From contig CACPQC010000001.1 of assembly GCA_902635975.1 (NCBI GenBank), positions 18,780 to 82,779 on the forward strand: a stretch of 64,000 bases of DNA, given 5' to 3'. This stretch comes from an uncultured Pelagibacteraceae bacterium (lineage in GTDB: Bacteria; Pseudomonadota; Alphaproteobacteria; Pelagibacterales; Pelagibacteraceae). Both the position numbers and the translations under genes were made by a program. Positions 1 through 9,981 of the stretch are shown one piece after another. Numbering within the stretch: the stretch's first letter is position 1; the number at the start of each line of letters is the position of its first letter. The notes beneath the pieces are model-generated. The model was given only the letters and a program-made list of their open reading frames with translations. It made no database searches and was not told where the DNA came from.

Positions 1-297
1 AGTTGGTACAAAGTTATTTAAAATTTTACTACCAGCAGTTGTTTTAATATCTTTTGTACAAAATAAATCCTTAACTGCCATTGGAATACCAGGCAGTTTC
101 AAATTTAAATTTGGTTTTTGATCGAATTTTTTTGCTTTATCTAAAGCCGATGTAAAGTCATTTGTTATATAAGCGTTCAATTCTTCAGATTTTTCAGATC
201 TATCAATAAATGCTTTGGTCACATCTGTTGAAGAAAGTTTTTTATTTTTAATATTTTCAATCAGTTCTGTAAGGGATTGTTTTGTAATATCTGACAT
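1..297 (-). CDS. gatA: Glu-tRNA(Gln) amidotransferase subunit A, 5' part (runs off window)
   Basis: ATG at 297 overlaps the gatC stop; translation includes LPGIPMAVKDLFCT, an amidase N-terminal motif. Confidence 0.93.
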   Translation of the reverse strand, partial: MSDITKQSLTELIENIKNKKLSSTDVTKAFIDRSEKSEELNAYITNDFTSALDKAKKFDQKPNLNLKLPGIPMAVKDLFCTKDIKTTAGSKILNNFVPT

Positions 298-584
298 TAT
301 TCAATCACCTTAGGTACTACAAAATAATCCTCGTTATCCTGAGGAGAATTTTTAATAATTTGTTCTCTGATATTTTTACTTTTTACTTCATCAGATCTTA
401 ATTTTATGGTTGTTTCAGCGATAGAAGTTAATGGTTCTACATTGTCAGTTTTTAATTCGTTAAGTTTTTCAATAAATTCAAAAATAGAATTTAAATCACC
501 AGCTAATTTTTCAGCTCTTTGCTCATCAACTGAAATTCTTGCCAATTTAGATATATGTTTTATTGTTTTAAGATCTATACTCAT
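297..584 (-). CDS. gatC: Asp/Glu-tRNA amidotransferase subunit C
   Basis: 95 aa, ISKLARI...YFVVPKVIE; directly upstream of gatA. Confidence 0.96.
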   Translation of the reverse strand: MSIDLKTIKHISKLARISVDEQRAEKLAGDLNSIFEFIEKLNELKTDNVEPLTSIAETTIKLRSDEVKSKNIREQIIKNSPQDNEDYFVVPKVIE

Positions 585-634
585 ATGCTATTTAAATATG
601 AGGCAAAGTATCACTTAAGTTTAAAATATACAAT

Positions 635-1090
635 ATGATCACATTAGAGGAATTTAAAAAAAAACACTCAGATAAGTGTAGATTGATAGGTTTAGACCTT
701 GGATCTAAAAGAATTGGTGTGTCAATCTGTGATGACATGCAACTAATAGCCACTCCATTAAAAACAATAAATAGAAATTCGATAGAAGACCTTGTTGATG
801 AACTAAAATTAATCATCAATGAAAATAATATAAAAGGAATCATTATTGGAAATCCTTTAAATATGGATGGATCCTCAGGTAGGTCAGCTCAATCAGTAAA
901 AGATACAACTGAAAATATTGAAAAAAACTTAGATATTCCAATTTGTCTCTGGGATGAAAGACTCTCAACTGTTGGCGCTTTTAATCTGTCTAGCCAATTA
1001 GATATTAATGTGAGTAAAAGAGAAAAAAAGATAGATGAAAATGCTGCTGCTTTTATATTACAAGGAGCTTTAGATTTTTTGAATAATTAA
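635..1090 (+). CDS. yqgF: YqgF/RuvX family pre-16S rRNA nuclease
   Basis: GLDLGSKRIGVS, WDERLST and DENAAAFILQ motifs. Confidence 0.95.
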   Translation: MITLEEFKKKHSDKCRLIGLDLGSKRIGVSICDDMQLIATPLKTINRNSIEDLVDELKLIINENNIKGIIIGNPLNMDGSSGRSAQSVKDTTENIEKNLDIPICLWDERLSTVGAFNLSSQLDINVSKREKKIDENAAAFILQGALDFLNN

Positions 1091-1132
1091 TACTTGCTAT
1101 TATATGAGTTTATAGTTATAGAGTTGGTTTTA

Positions 1133-2074
1133 ATGGCAATTAAAACAAATCAGGCTATTAAAATTTCTCAAAAACACCTTTTAGGAATTCAAGATTTATC
1201 AATTAATGATGTTAACTTAATACTTGATGAAGCAAATTCATTTATAAAAGTAAATCAAAGTAAAAATAAGAAAGTTGATGTTCTAAGAGGTAAAACTCAA
1301 ATTAATTTGTTTTTTGAACCTTCCACTAGAACTCAAAGCTCGTTTGAATTAGCTGGTAAAAGACTTGGGGCTGATGTTATGTCAATGAATATAAGCAACT
1401 CAGCAATTAAAAAAGGTGAAACATTGATAGATACAGCAATGACACTAAATGCAATGCATCCTGATATTATTGTAATTAGACATCAAGATTCTGGGGCATG
1501 TAATCTACTTTCACAAAAAGTAAACTGTGCGGTTCTAAATGCTGGTGATGGAAGAAGAGAGCACCCTACTCAGGCTTTATTAGATGCTTTAACAATTATT
1601 ACTCGTAAAAAAAAAATTCAAGGATTAAAAATTGCAATCTGTGGAGATATTCTTCATTCGAGAGTTGCCAGATCAAATATTTACTTACTTAGTATGTTAG
1701 GAGCAGAAGTGAACATTATTGCTCCAACAAATCTTATGCCAAAAGAAATTGAAAAATTTGGTGTTAATACTTTTACAGATATGAAAAAAGGATTGAAGGA
1801 TTGTGATATTGTTATGATGTTGAGATTGCAAAATGAACGAATGACGAGTTCATATCTTTCATCCAATAGAGAATATTACGAATATTATGGATTAACTCCT
1901 GATAAATTAGAACATGCGAAATCTGATGCCTTAATTATGCACCCTGGTCCAATGAATAGAGGTATAGAAATAGATACAATGTTAGCAGATGATATCAACA
2001 AAAGTGTCATTAAAGAGCAAGTTGAATTAGGTGTAGCGGTGAGAATGGCTTGTCTTAAAATATTTTGTACATAA
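1133..2074 (+). CDS. pyrB: Aspartate carbamoyltransferase catalytic subunit
   Basis: [16 protein letters not shown] and MHPGP motifs; ATG 1133 preferred over upstream TTG. Confidence 0.97.
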   Translation: MAIKTNQAIKISQKHLLGIQDLSINDVNLILDEANSFIKVNQSKNKKVDVLRGKTQINLFFEPSTRTQSSFELAGKRLGADVMSMNISNSAIKKGETLIDTAMTLNAMHPDIIVIRHQDSGACNLLSQKVNCAVLNAGDGRREHPTQALLDALTIITRKKKIQGLKIAICGDILHSRVARSNIYLLSMLGAEVNIIAPTNLMPKEIEKFGVNTFTDMKKGLKDCDIVMMLRLQNERMTSSYLSSNREYYEYYGLTPDKLEHAKSDALIMHPGPMNRGIEIDTMLADDINKSVIKEQVELGVAVRMACLKIFCT

Positions 2075-3360
2075 TGAAAAAACAATATTTTATAAACGCA
2101 AATATAATTGATCCTTATAATTCCATGAATGAGAATGGGGGTCTAATTATAAGTGAGGATGGAAAAATTGAGGCTATAGGAAAAAAAGTAAATATTAATA
2201 ATTTGCCAAGTAGAGAGAGACCAATTGATTTAAAAGGTAAGTATATTTTCCCTGGATTAGTCGATATGCGAGTTTTTGTTGGTGAACCGGGCTATGAGTA
2301 TAAAGAAAATTTTAGGACACTGAGTAACGCGGCACTCTCGGGTGGTGTCACTTCAGTTGTAACAATGCCAAATACAGATCCGGTAATTGATAACGTTTCC
2401 ATAGTCGACTTTTTAAAAAGAAGAGGAAGAGACAAATCAAAGATAAATATTTTTCCATGTGCCTCTTTAACAAAAAATACTGAGGGTACAAATATGACTG
2501 AGTTTGGTTTGTTACAAAATAAAGGAATAATCGCATTCACCGATGGCGTTAAAACAATTCAAAACCCAAGATTAATGTCTAGAATAATGAACTCTGCTAA
2601 AGACTTAGGTAGCTTAATAATGCAGCACGCTGAAGATTATGAGTTAGCAAAAAATGGTATGATTAACTCTGGAATAATTGCTTCAAAATTAGGTCTATCT
2701 GGTATACCTGAAATCGCTGAGCGTATTCTGATCGAAAGAGATTTAACATTACTGGAAAAGGTTAAATGTAGATATCATATCTCTCAACTATCATCACAAA
2801 AGTCTGTCGAGGTAATTAAATCAAGAAAGGAAATAGTAAAATTCACATGTGGTGTTTCAGTTAACAACTTATCTTTAAATGAAAATGACATAGGAGATTT
2901 CAAAACATTTTTGAAATTATCTCCACCATTAAGAAGAGAGGAAGATAGATTGGCTTTAGTACAAGGTTTAAAGGACGATTTGATTGATGTAATAGTTTCA
3001 GATCATAAGCCTGAAGATGAAGAATCAAAAAGATTAACCTTTGCTCAAGCAGCAACTGGTGCGTCAGGGATAGAAACTCTGCTGTCTCTAAGTTTAGAAT
3101 TATATCATAACGGATCACTCAAATTAGAGACAATAATAAAAGCATTGACATCAAACCCTGCTAAAATATTAAAAATTAATAAAGGGAATCTATCTATTGG
3201 TAATGATGCCGATCTTTGCATAGTAGATATAGATAAACCATGGATTGTAAAAAAAGATAAGCTTATCTCAAAATCAAAAAATACATCTATCGAAAATAAA
3301 AAACTTCAAGGCAAAGTCACTAATACATTTGTAAAAGGTAAAGAATTATTTAAGCTATAG
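2074..3360 (+). CDS. pyrC: Dihydroorotase-like protein, probably catalytically inactive (pyrC')
   Basis: Amidohydrolase fold (MPNT, PPLR, SDH); metal motif DxHxH replaced by DMRVF; TAATG coupling to pyrB. Confidence 0.9.
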   Translation: MKKQYFINANIIDPYNSMNENGGLIISEDGKIEAIGKKVNINNLPSRERPIDLKGKYIFPGLVDMRVFVGEPGYEYKENFRTLSNAALSGGVTSVVTMPNTDPVIDNVSIVDFLKRRGRDKSKINIFPCASLTKNTEGTNMTEFGLLQNKGIIAFTDGVKTIQNPRLMSRIMNSAKDLGSLIMQHAEDYELAKNGMINSGIIASKLGLSGIPEIAERILIERDLTLLEKVKCRYHISQLSSQKSVEVIKSRKEIVKFTCGVSVNNLSLNENDIGDFKTFLKLSPPLRREEDRLALVQGLKDDLIDVIVSDHKPEDEESKRLTFAQAATGASGIETLLSLSLELYHNGSLKLETIIKALTSNPAKILKINKGNLSIGNDADLCIVDIDKPWIVKKDKLISKSKNTSIENKKLQGKVTNTFVKGKELFKL

Positions 3361-3361
3361 T

Positions 3362-3940
3362 ATGGATATTTTAATCATAGGTATAATTTCATATTTAATG
3401 GGATCAATTCCATTTGGGTTAATATTAACAAAAATTTTTTTGAAAAAAGATATAAGAGATATTGGATCTGGAAATATTGGAGCTACAAATGTACTTAGAG
3501 CTGGTAACAAGACAGTCGGTTATATAACATTATCTCTTGATATTTTAAAAGCTGTTATCCCTGTTATATTTGTTAAAATTTATTACATAGATTTATTATA
3601 TTTGTCGTCATTATGTGCATTTATAGGTCACGTATTTCCTGTATGGCTGAAATTTAAAGGAGGCAAAGGTGTTGCAACATATGTTGGCATCCTTTTTGCA
3701 ATAAATATTTATTTTGGAATTATTTTTGCTTTATCCTGGTTAATAATTTTTGTCTTAACAAAATATTCATCTTTATCTTCATTAATTGCCTCTATATCAG
3801 TTCCTGTTTATTTACTAATCACAGTTCAATTTAACGATGTATTTTTTTTTATAATCATGTTTGTGTTAATATTTTTTACCCATCGAGAAAATATTAAAAG
3901 ATTGAAAAATAAAGAAGAAACTAAGACAAAAATTTATTAG
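3362..3940 (+). CDS. plsY: Glycerol-3-phosphate acyltransferase PlsY
   Basis: GSGNIGATN and FKGGKGVAT motifs; multiple TM helices. Confidence 0.96.
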   Translation: MDILIIGIISYLMGSIPFGLILTKIFLKKDIRDIGSGNIGATNVLRAGNKTVGYITLSLDILKAVIPVIFVKIYYIDLLYLSSLCAFIGHVFPVWLKFKGGKGVATYVGILFAINIYFGIIFALSWLIIFVLTKYSSLSSLIASISVPVYLLITVQFNDVFFFIIMFVLIFFTHRENIKRLKNKEETKTKIY

Positions 3941-3941
3941 T

Positions 3942-3969
3942 TTGACTATCTAACTCTTTTAGGTAGTTT
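3942..3969 (+). promoter_or_regulatory. Putative sigma70 promoter of topA (possibly leaderless)
   Basis: TTGACT-N16-TAGTTT ending 7 nt before ATG 3977. Confidence 0.45.
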
Positions 3970-3976
3970 GTTATTT

Positions 3977-6556
3977 ATGAACTTGGTCATTGTAGAAAGT
4001 CCAGCTAAAGCCAAAACTATCAATAAATATTTGGGAGACAATTATAAAGTATTAGCTAGTTATGGGCATATTAGAGATTTACCTTCTAAAAATGGTTCAG
4101 TTGATCCAGATCAAGATTTTAAGATGGAATGGGAAATTGATAGCTTTTCAAAAAAATATCTTAAAGAAATTACTGATGCAGCCAAAGATTCTTCAAAAAT
4201 TATATTAGCTACCGATCCTGATCGTGAAGGAGAAGCAATAGCTTGGCATGTAAAAGAGTATCTAAATGAAAAAAAACTTCTTAAAGATAAAGAAATTGAA
4301 AGGGTTGTTTTTAACGAGATTACAAAAAAAGCAGTAATACATGGCATTGAAAATCCAAGACAAATTGAACCGCTTTTAGTTGATGCTTACATGGCTCGAA
4401 GAGCGTTAGATTACTTGGTTGGCTTTAATATCTCACCAATATTATGGACAAAACTTCCAGGCTCTAAATCTGCGGGAAGAGTTCAATCAGTAGCTTTAAA
4501 ATTGATAACTGAAAGAGAGCATGAAATTGAATCCTTTAAGCCAGAGGAATTTTGGACTTTAAGTGTCAAATTTAAAGATGAAAAAAATCAAAATATCCTT
4601 GCAAGTATTAGTCAACTAGATAATAACAAAATTGAAAAATTCTCTTTTAGAAATAAAGATGAGATAAATAAAGCTATATCAAGCATCAATCAAAAAAAAT
4701 TTAGTATTACTGATATATCAAGTAAAGTGGTAAATCGTAATCCATCAGGACCATTTACTACATCAACTCTTCAACAAACAGCTTCAAGTCGATTAGGGTT
4801 TGGTGCATCAAGAACTATGCAAATTGCTCAAAAACTTTACCAGGGAGTCGAAATTGAGGGAGAAACTATAGGTTTGATAACATATATGAGAACAGATGGT
4901 ACTAATTTATCAAAAGATGCTGTTGTGGCTTTTAGAGATTATATCAAAAAAGAAATCGGTAATGAATATCTACCTGAGAATGCTTTAAATTACTCCGGCA
5001 AAAAGGCAAAAAATGCACAAGAGGCACATGAAGCAATAAGACCCACAGATATTATCAGGACTCCCCAAAGTGTAAAAAAGTATCTAAGCACAGACCAAAG
5101 TAAACTTTATGATTTAATATGGAGTAGAGCTTTATCTTCTCAAATGCAATCTGCTAAATTTGATAGAAATACTATTACGATTACATCAAATAATGATGAT
5201 ACAGTATGCAAAGCAAGTGGATCAGTTCTCAAATTTGATGGATTTTTAAAGATATATAATAATCAAGGTAAGGATGATAATGAAAACATTCTTCCTTCTG
5301 TGTCTAAAGGACTTGTAAATATTGAGTCCTTAATAGATGAACAGCATTTTACACAACCTCCCCCAAGATATTCTGAGGCTAGCTTAGTAAAAAAACTAGA
5401 GGAATTAGGAATAGGAAGACCATCTACTTATGCAAGTATAATTTCTACAATAGCAAATAGAGGTTACGCAGAGATATTGAATAAAAGATTTTTTCCTACA
5501 GATAGAGGAAAACTTATTTCAGCTTTTCTTGAAAAATTATTCTCAAAATATGTGGATTATAACTTTACTGCTGGTTTAGAAGATCAATTAGACGAAATTA
5601 CAACTGGAAAAGAAAGCTGGATTAAAGTTTTGGAGCTATTCTGGAAAGACTTCAATAACAATGTTGCTGAAGTGAAGGAAAAAAGAACAAGAGAGGTTTT
5701 AGATTTATTAAATGAAAGTTTAGGGGATTTGGTTTTTGATAAAGATGATAAAGGAAATATTTTAAGAAAGTGTCAATTATGCAATTCAGGAACACTAAGC
5801 TTAAAGAATAGCTTTAGAGGTGGTGCATTTATTGGTTGTTCAAATTACCCTGAATGTAAATTTACAAGACCTTTGTCTAAAGCTAAAGCAGCGGCACAAG
5901 CACAGTTAGCTGAACCAAAATTTATTGGAAAACATGAGAACGGCAATGATATATATCTTAAAAATGGTAGATTCGGACCGTATTTGCAATATGAGAAAAT
6001 TCCAGAAGATGTAGAAATTGAAAAAACACCAAAGAGAAAAAGGGAAACAAAAAAAATTAAATCTGATGTAAATGAACTTTTAAAAAATGTGTCTATCCCA
6101 AAAGGTTTGGAACTAAATAGTATAGATTTAAAAAAAGCACAATTTTTATGCTCACTTCCAAAATCTTTGGGAATAAATCCTGATAATCAAAAAGAAATTA
6201 CTTTAAACACTGGAAGATTTGGTCCTTACCTAAAATGTGAAAATAAGTCAGCTCGAATAGAAAATATAGAAGAAATTTTCTCTATTGGTTTAAATAGAGC
6301 GATAACATTAATTGCTGAGGCTAAACCGGGGAGAATGTCTTCTTCGATGATCAAAGATTTAGGTGAACACCCTGAGGATAAAAAACCAGTTAGAATTATG
6401 AAGGGACAATACGGACCATATATCAAATATAAATCTCTAAATGCGACAATACCTGAAGAAAAGGATCCTTCAGAACTCACAATGGAAGAAGCGTTAATAT
6501 TGATTGAGAAAAGAAAAGAATACGATAAAACAAAAAAGAAAAAAAAGAAAAAATGA
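3977..6556 (+). CDS. topA: DNA topoisomerase I
   Basis: IVESPAKAKTI, ATDPDREGE, SAGRVQS, ITYMRTD; one Zn ribbon plus C-terminal GRFGPY repeats. Confidence 0.98.
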   Translation: MNLVIVESPAKAKTINKYLGDNYKVLASYGHIRDLPSKNGSVDPDQDFKMEWEIDSFSKKYLKEITDAAKDSSKIILATDPDREGEAIAWHVKEYLNEKKLLKDKEIERVVFNEITKKAVIHGIENPRQIEPLLVDAYMARRALDYLVGFNISPILWTKLPGSKSAGRVQSVALKLITEREHEIESFKPEEFWTLSVKFKDEKNQNILASISQLDNNKIEKFSFRNKDEINKAISSINQKKFSITDISSKVVNRNPSGPFTTSTLQQTASSRLGFGASRTMQIAQKLYQGVEIEGETIGLITYMRTDGTNLSKDAVVAFRDYIKKEIGNEYLPENALNYSGKKAKNAQEAHEAIRPTDIIRTPQSVKKYLSTDQSKLYDLIWSRALSSQMQSAKFDRNTITITSNNDDTVCKASGSVLKFDGFLKIYNNQGKDDNENILPSVSKGLVNIESLIDEQHFTQPPPRYSEASLVKKLEELGIGRPSTYASIISTIANRGYAEILNKRFFPTDRGKLISAFLEKLFSKYVDYNFTAGLEDQLDEITTGKESWIKVLELFWKDFNNNVAEVKEKRTREVLDLLNESLGDLVFDKDDKGNILRKCQLCNSGTLSLKNSFRGGAFIGCSNYPECKFTRPLSKAKAAAQAQLAEPKFIGKHENGNDIYLKNGRFGPYLQYEKIPEDVEIEKTPKRKRETKKIKSDVNELLKNVSIPKGLELNSIDLKKAQFLCSLPKSLGINPDNQKEITLNTGRFGPYLKCENKSARIENIEEIFSIGLNRAITLIAEAKPGRMSSSMIKDLGEHPEDKKPVRIMKGQYGPYIKYKSLNATIPEEKDPSELTMEEALILIEKRKEYDKTKKKKKKK

Positions 6557-7014
6557 ATTATCAAGAAAATTTAAATAAACTTAATTTAAAACTTCCAGAA
6601 GCTAAAGCTCCTGTAGGAAATTATGTTGCAACAAAAATTTCAGGAAAAATGTTATTTGTATCAGGTCAAATTTCAATGAATGAAAAAGGTGAATTAATCA
6701 AAGGAAAAATTGGAAAAGATTTAGATGTAGAGTCAGGATACGATGCAGCAAAAAGATGTGGTTTAAGTATTATTTCTCAAATAATGAAGGCATGCAATAA
6801 TGATCTAAGAAAGATTAAATCTTGTGTAAAACTAACAGGTTTCGTTAATTCTACTGACGACTTTAAGGATCAACCAAAGGTAATAAATGGTGCTTCTGAT
6901 TTAATTGCAAATGTTTTTGGTGATGCAGGGATGCATACGAGAGCAGCTGTAAGTGTTAACAGTCTTCCCTTGGGAGTTGCTGTTGAAATTGATGCTATAT
7001 TTGAGCTAAATTAA
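6553..7014 (+). CDS. RidA/YjgF family protein
   Basis: LFVSGQ, INGASDL and HTRAAV..LPLGVAVEI motifs. Confidence 0.9.
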   Translation: MNYQENLNKLNLKLPEAKAPVGNYVATKISGKMLFVSGQISMNEKGELIKGKIGKDLDVESGYDAAKRCGLSIISQIMKACNNDLRKIKSCVKLTGFVNSTDDFKDQPKVINGASDLIANVFGDAGMHTRAAVSVNSLPLGVAVEIDAIFELN

Positions 7015-7017
7015 AAT

Positions 7018-8319
7018 TTATCTCCCAATACTATAATATTTAAAACCTTGATTTTTAATTTTCGTTGGAGAATATATATTTCTCATGTCATAAATAATAA
7101 ATTTTTTACCTCTAACTAAATTCTTAAAATTTATCGATTTAAAATCATTCCATTCTGTATGAACAATTACAAGGTCTGAGCCCTGTATAGACTCTTTAAT
7201 ATTATCAATATAAAAAACATTTTTTAACTTTGAGAACTCTTTTTTTAAACCCGTTGGATCAAAATAATTTATTTTGGCACCCTTTTTTGAGAGTGCAGGT
7301 ATCATTTTTAAACTAGAAGAGTCTCTCATATCGTCTGTATTAGCTTTGAATGTGACACCTAAGAAGGTTATTTTTTTATTTTTAATTTTGTTATTCAAAA
7401 TTTTATAGACTTTATTAAGTAAAAAATTAGATCTATTTTCATTAGATTTAATGACTGATTTTATTACAGAAAGATTTATTTTAAACTTATCAGCAGTAGA
7501 AATTATAGCTTTAGTATCTTTTGGAAAACATGATCCGCCATATGCAGGCCCTGCCCTTAAAAAACGACTCCCTATTCTTTTATCTAAACCCATCCCAATT
7601 GAAATATCCTCGACATTTATTCCTGTTTTTTCACATAAATTTGCGATTTCATTAATGAATGTAATTTTAGTAGCCAAAAAGGCGTTGGATGAATATTTGA
7701 TTAATTCCGCAGCTCTTCTTGATGTATGAATATATTGTGCTCCTTTAGAAATCAAAGGTGCATATAAATTGTTAAGTAAACGGTTAGATTTTTTATCATT
7801 AGATCCAACAACTATTCTATCAGGAAAAATAAAATCTCGAATAGCTTCACCTTCTCTTAAAAATTCTGGATTTGATACAACAGAAAATTTATTCTTGTTA
7901 CTCTTTTTTTTTAATATAATTTTTTCAATTTCATCACCTGTTGTTACAGGTACCGTTGACTTAGTAACTATTATCTTAAACTTATTGATTGATAAACTTA
8001 TCTGTTTTGCTACTCTAAAAATTTGGCTTAGATCTGCACTGCTACCCCCCTTTTTGGTTGGTGTTCCAACACAAATAAAAATTATATCAGACTCTTTTAT
8101 TGATTTTCTTAAGTCTGATGAAAATTTTAATCTTTTATTTTTATAATTTTTATTCACTAATTCAGTAAGCCCAGGTTCATAAATAGGAATTTTTCCTCTA
8201 GAAAGTAGATCTATTTTTTTTAAGTCTTTATCAACGCAAATCACATTATTTCCTAGATCAGCAAAGCATACGCCACTAACCAAACCTACGTAACCTGTTC
8301 CTATCATACAAAGTTTCAT
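7018..8319 (-). CDS. ugd: UDP-glucose 6-dehydrogenase
   Basis: IGTGYVGL, SNPEFLREG, GGSCFPKD, FKANTDDMR. Confidence 0.95.
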   Translation of the reverse strand: MKLCMIGTGYVGLVSGVCFADLGNNVICVDKDLKKIDLLSRGKIPIYEPGLTELVNKNYKNKRLKFSSDLRKSIKESDIIFICVGTPTKKGGSSADLSQIFRVAKQISLSINKFKIIVTKSTVPVTTGDEIEKIILKKKSNKNKFSVVSNPEFLREGEAIRDFIFPDRIVVGSNDKKSNRLLNNLYAPLISKGAQYIHTSRRAAELIKYSSNAFLATKITFINEIANLCEKTGINVEDISIGMGLDKRIGSRFLRAGPAYGGSCFPKDTKAIISTADKFKINLSVIKSVIKSNENRSNFLLNKVYKILNNKIKNKKITFLGVTFKANTDDMRDSSSLKMIPALSKKGAKINYFDPTGLKKEFSKLKNVFYIDNIKESIQGSDLVIVHTEWNDFKSINFKNLVRGKKFIIYDMRNIYSPTKIKNQGFKYYSIGR

Positions 8320-9131
8320 GATTTTGCTATTTCTAATGTTGATTTGATATAGCCATCCATGCTTCCACAGTCCAAATATTTCCCAGTAAAATTATGAGCG
8401 ATAAATTTTTCATTGTTTTGTATCAATGATTGTATTGCGTCAGTGATATGAATTTCGCCACCTTTACCAGGTTTTTGATTCAATAATTTAGAAAATATTT
8501 TTTTAGGAAGAATATATCGTCCTATTACGGCTTTATTTGATGGTGCTGTTGAGATGGAAGGTTTTTCGATAACATCATTTATAACATAATTATTTTTATT
8601 TATTTTTTTTCCTAATTTATAAATTCCCCATCTTGAGACAGTTTTTTTTGGAACATTAATACTTGCCATTACAGACGATTTATAGCGATTATGTATATTA
8701 ATCATCGACTTCGAACAATTTTTCTTAATTATTAGATCATCTGGTAATAACATCAGAAAAAAATCATCTGTGATAAATTTTTTTGTTTTTAAAACTGCAT
8801 CGCCTGTTCCTAGAGGTTTATTTTGATAAACAAATTTAATCATCTTTTTATATTTCAAAATTTTTTTATATTCTTTAATAATTCTAGGATCTTTTTTCTT
8901 TTTTATTATTTTTTTATAAAAGCTATCCTTGTAAAAATAATCTTTTATCATTTGTTTTTTTTTGGAAATTATAAAAACTATTTTTTTAATACCAGCATCT
9001 GCGCATTCATCTAAAATATACTCAATTCCTGGTTTTCCATTAATCGGAAGTAGTTCTTTGGCAAATATACTGGTTAAAGGTAATAACCTTGTACCTAGAC
9101 CAGCTAATGGAATAATTGCTTGTTTAATCAT
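8316..9131 (-). CDS. galU: UTP-glucose-1-phosphate uridylyltransferase
   Basis: AGLGTRLLP..KELLP, QNKPLGTGDAV, EKP, GEIHITDA. Confidence 0.9.
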   Translation of the reverse strand: MIKQAIIPLAGLGTRLLPLTSIFAKELLPINGKPGIEYILDECADAGIKKIVFIISKKKQMIKDYFYKDSFYKKIIKKKKDPRIIKEYKKILKYKKMIKFVYQNKPLGTGDAVLKTKKFITDDFFLMLLPDDLIIKKNCSKSMINIHNRYKSSVMASINVPKKTVSRWGIYKLGKKINKNNYVINDVIEKPSISTAPSNKAVIGRYILPKKIFSKLLNQKPGKGGEIHITDAIQSLIQNNEKFIAHNFTGKYLDCGSMDGYIKSTLEIAKS

Positions 9132-9165
9132 TTAAATGTTTTACTTATTAAAATGTTTTATACAA

Positions 9166-9978
9166 ATGAAAATTTTATTAAACAATATTGATTTAAATGA
9201 GGCATTATTTGGCAATTCAAATATTGGATTTGTGCCTACTATGGGTAGCCTTCATGATGGTCATATCTCATTAATTAAAAAATCTCTAAAATTATCCAAT
9301 AAAACCATTGTAAGTATATTCATAAATCCTAAACAATTTAATAACAAAGAAGACTACAAAAAATATCCTAAAAATATAAAAAAAGACTTAAATATTTTAA
9401 AAAAACTAAATGTGGATTTTGTTTATTTGCCTAAAAACAAAGATATTTATAAAGCTAAAAACAAAATAAAAATTAAACTTAACAAACAAGATAAAATACT
9501 GTGTGCCAAGTATAGAAAGGGTCATTTTGAAGGGGTGATTGAAGTAATGACTCGTTTAACAAAAATAGTGAGTCCATCAAAAATATTTATGGGTGAAAAA
9601 GATCTTCAGCAGTTATTATTAGTAAAAAGATTTGTTGAAAAAAATTTCAAATCTAAAATTATTTCTTGCAAAACAATTAGAGATAAAAATAAATTAGCTT
9701 TATCATCTAGGAATAATCTTTTAAAAAAAGATGATTTTAGTAAAGCAAGTAAAATAGCAAAGGACCTTCTTATTTTTAAAAAAAAATTGTCAAATAACAA
9801 AAATTTAAAAGATTTAATTTTTATGAAAAAAAATGAACTCAAAAAAAAATATGATATTAAGATTGATTATCTTGAATTAAGGAATGCAAAAAATCTTAGA
9901 TTAACTAACAAAATTAAAAACGCTAAAATTTTTATTGCCTATTATATTAAAAAGGTAAGGCTAATAGATAACTTTTAA
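9166..9978 (+). CDS. panC: Pantoate-beta-alanine ligase
   Basis: FVPTMGSLHDGH, GEKD and LALSSRN motifs; start at 9136 also possible. Confidence 0.93.
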   Translation: MKILLNNIDLNEALFGNSNIGFVPTMGSLHDGHISLIKKSLKLSNKTIVSIFINPKQFNNKEDYKKYPKNIKKDLNILKKLNVDFVYLPKNKDIYKAKNKIKIKLNKQDKILCAKYRKGHFEGVIEVMTRLTKIVSPSKIFMGEKDLQQLLLVKRFVEKNFKSKIISCKTIRDKNKLALSSRNNLLKKDDFSKASKIAKDLLIFKKKLSNNKNLKDLIFMKKNELKKKYDIKIDYLELRNAKNLRLTNKIKNAKIFIAYYIKKVRLIDNF

Positions 9979-9981
9979 TAT

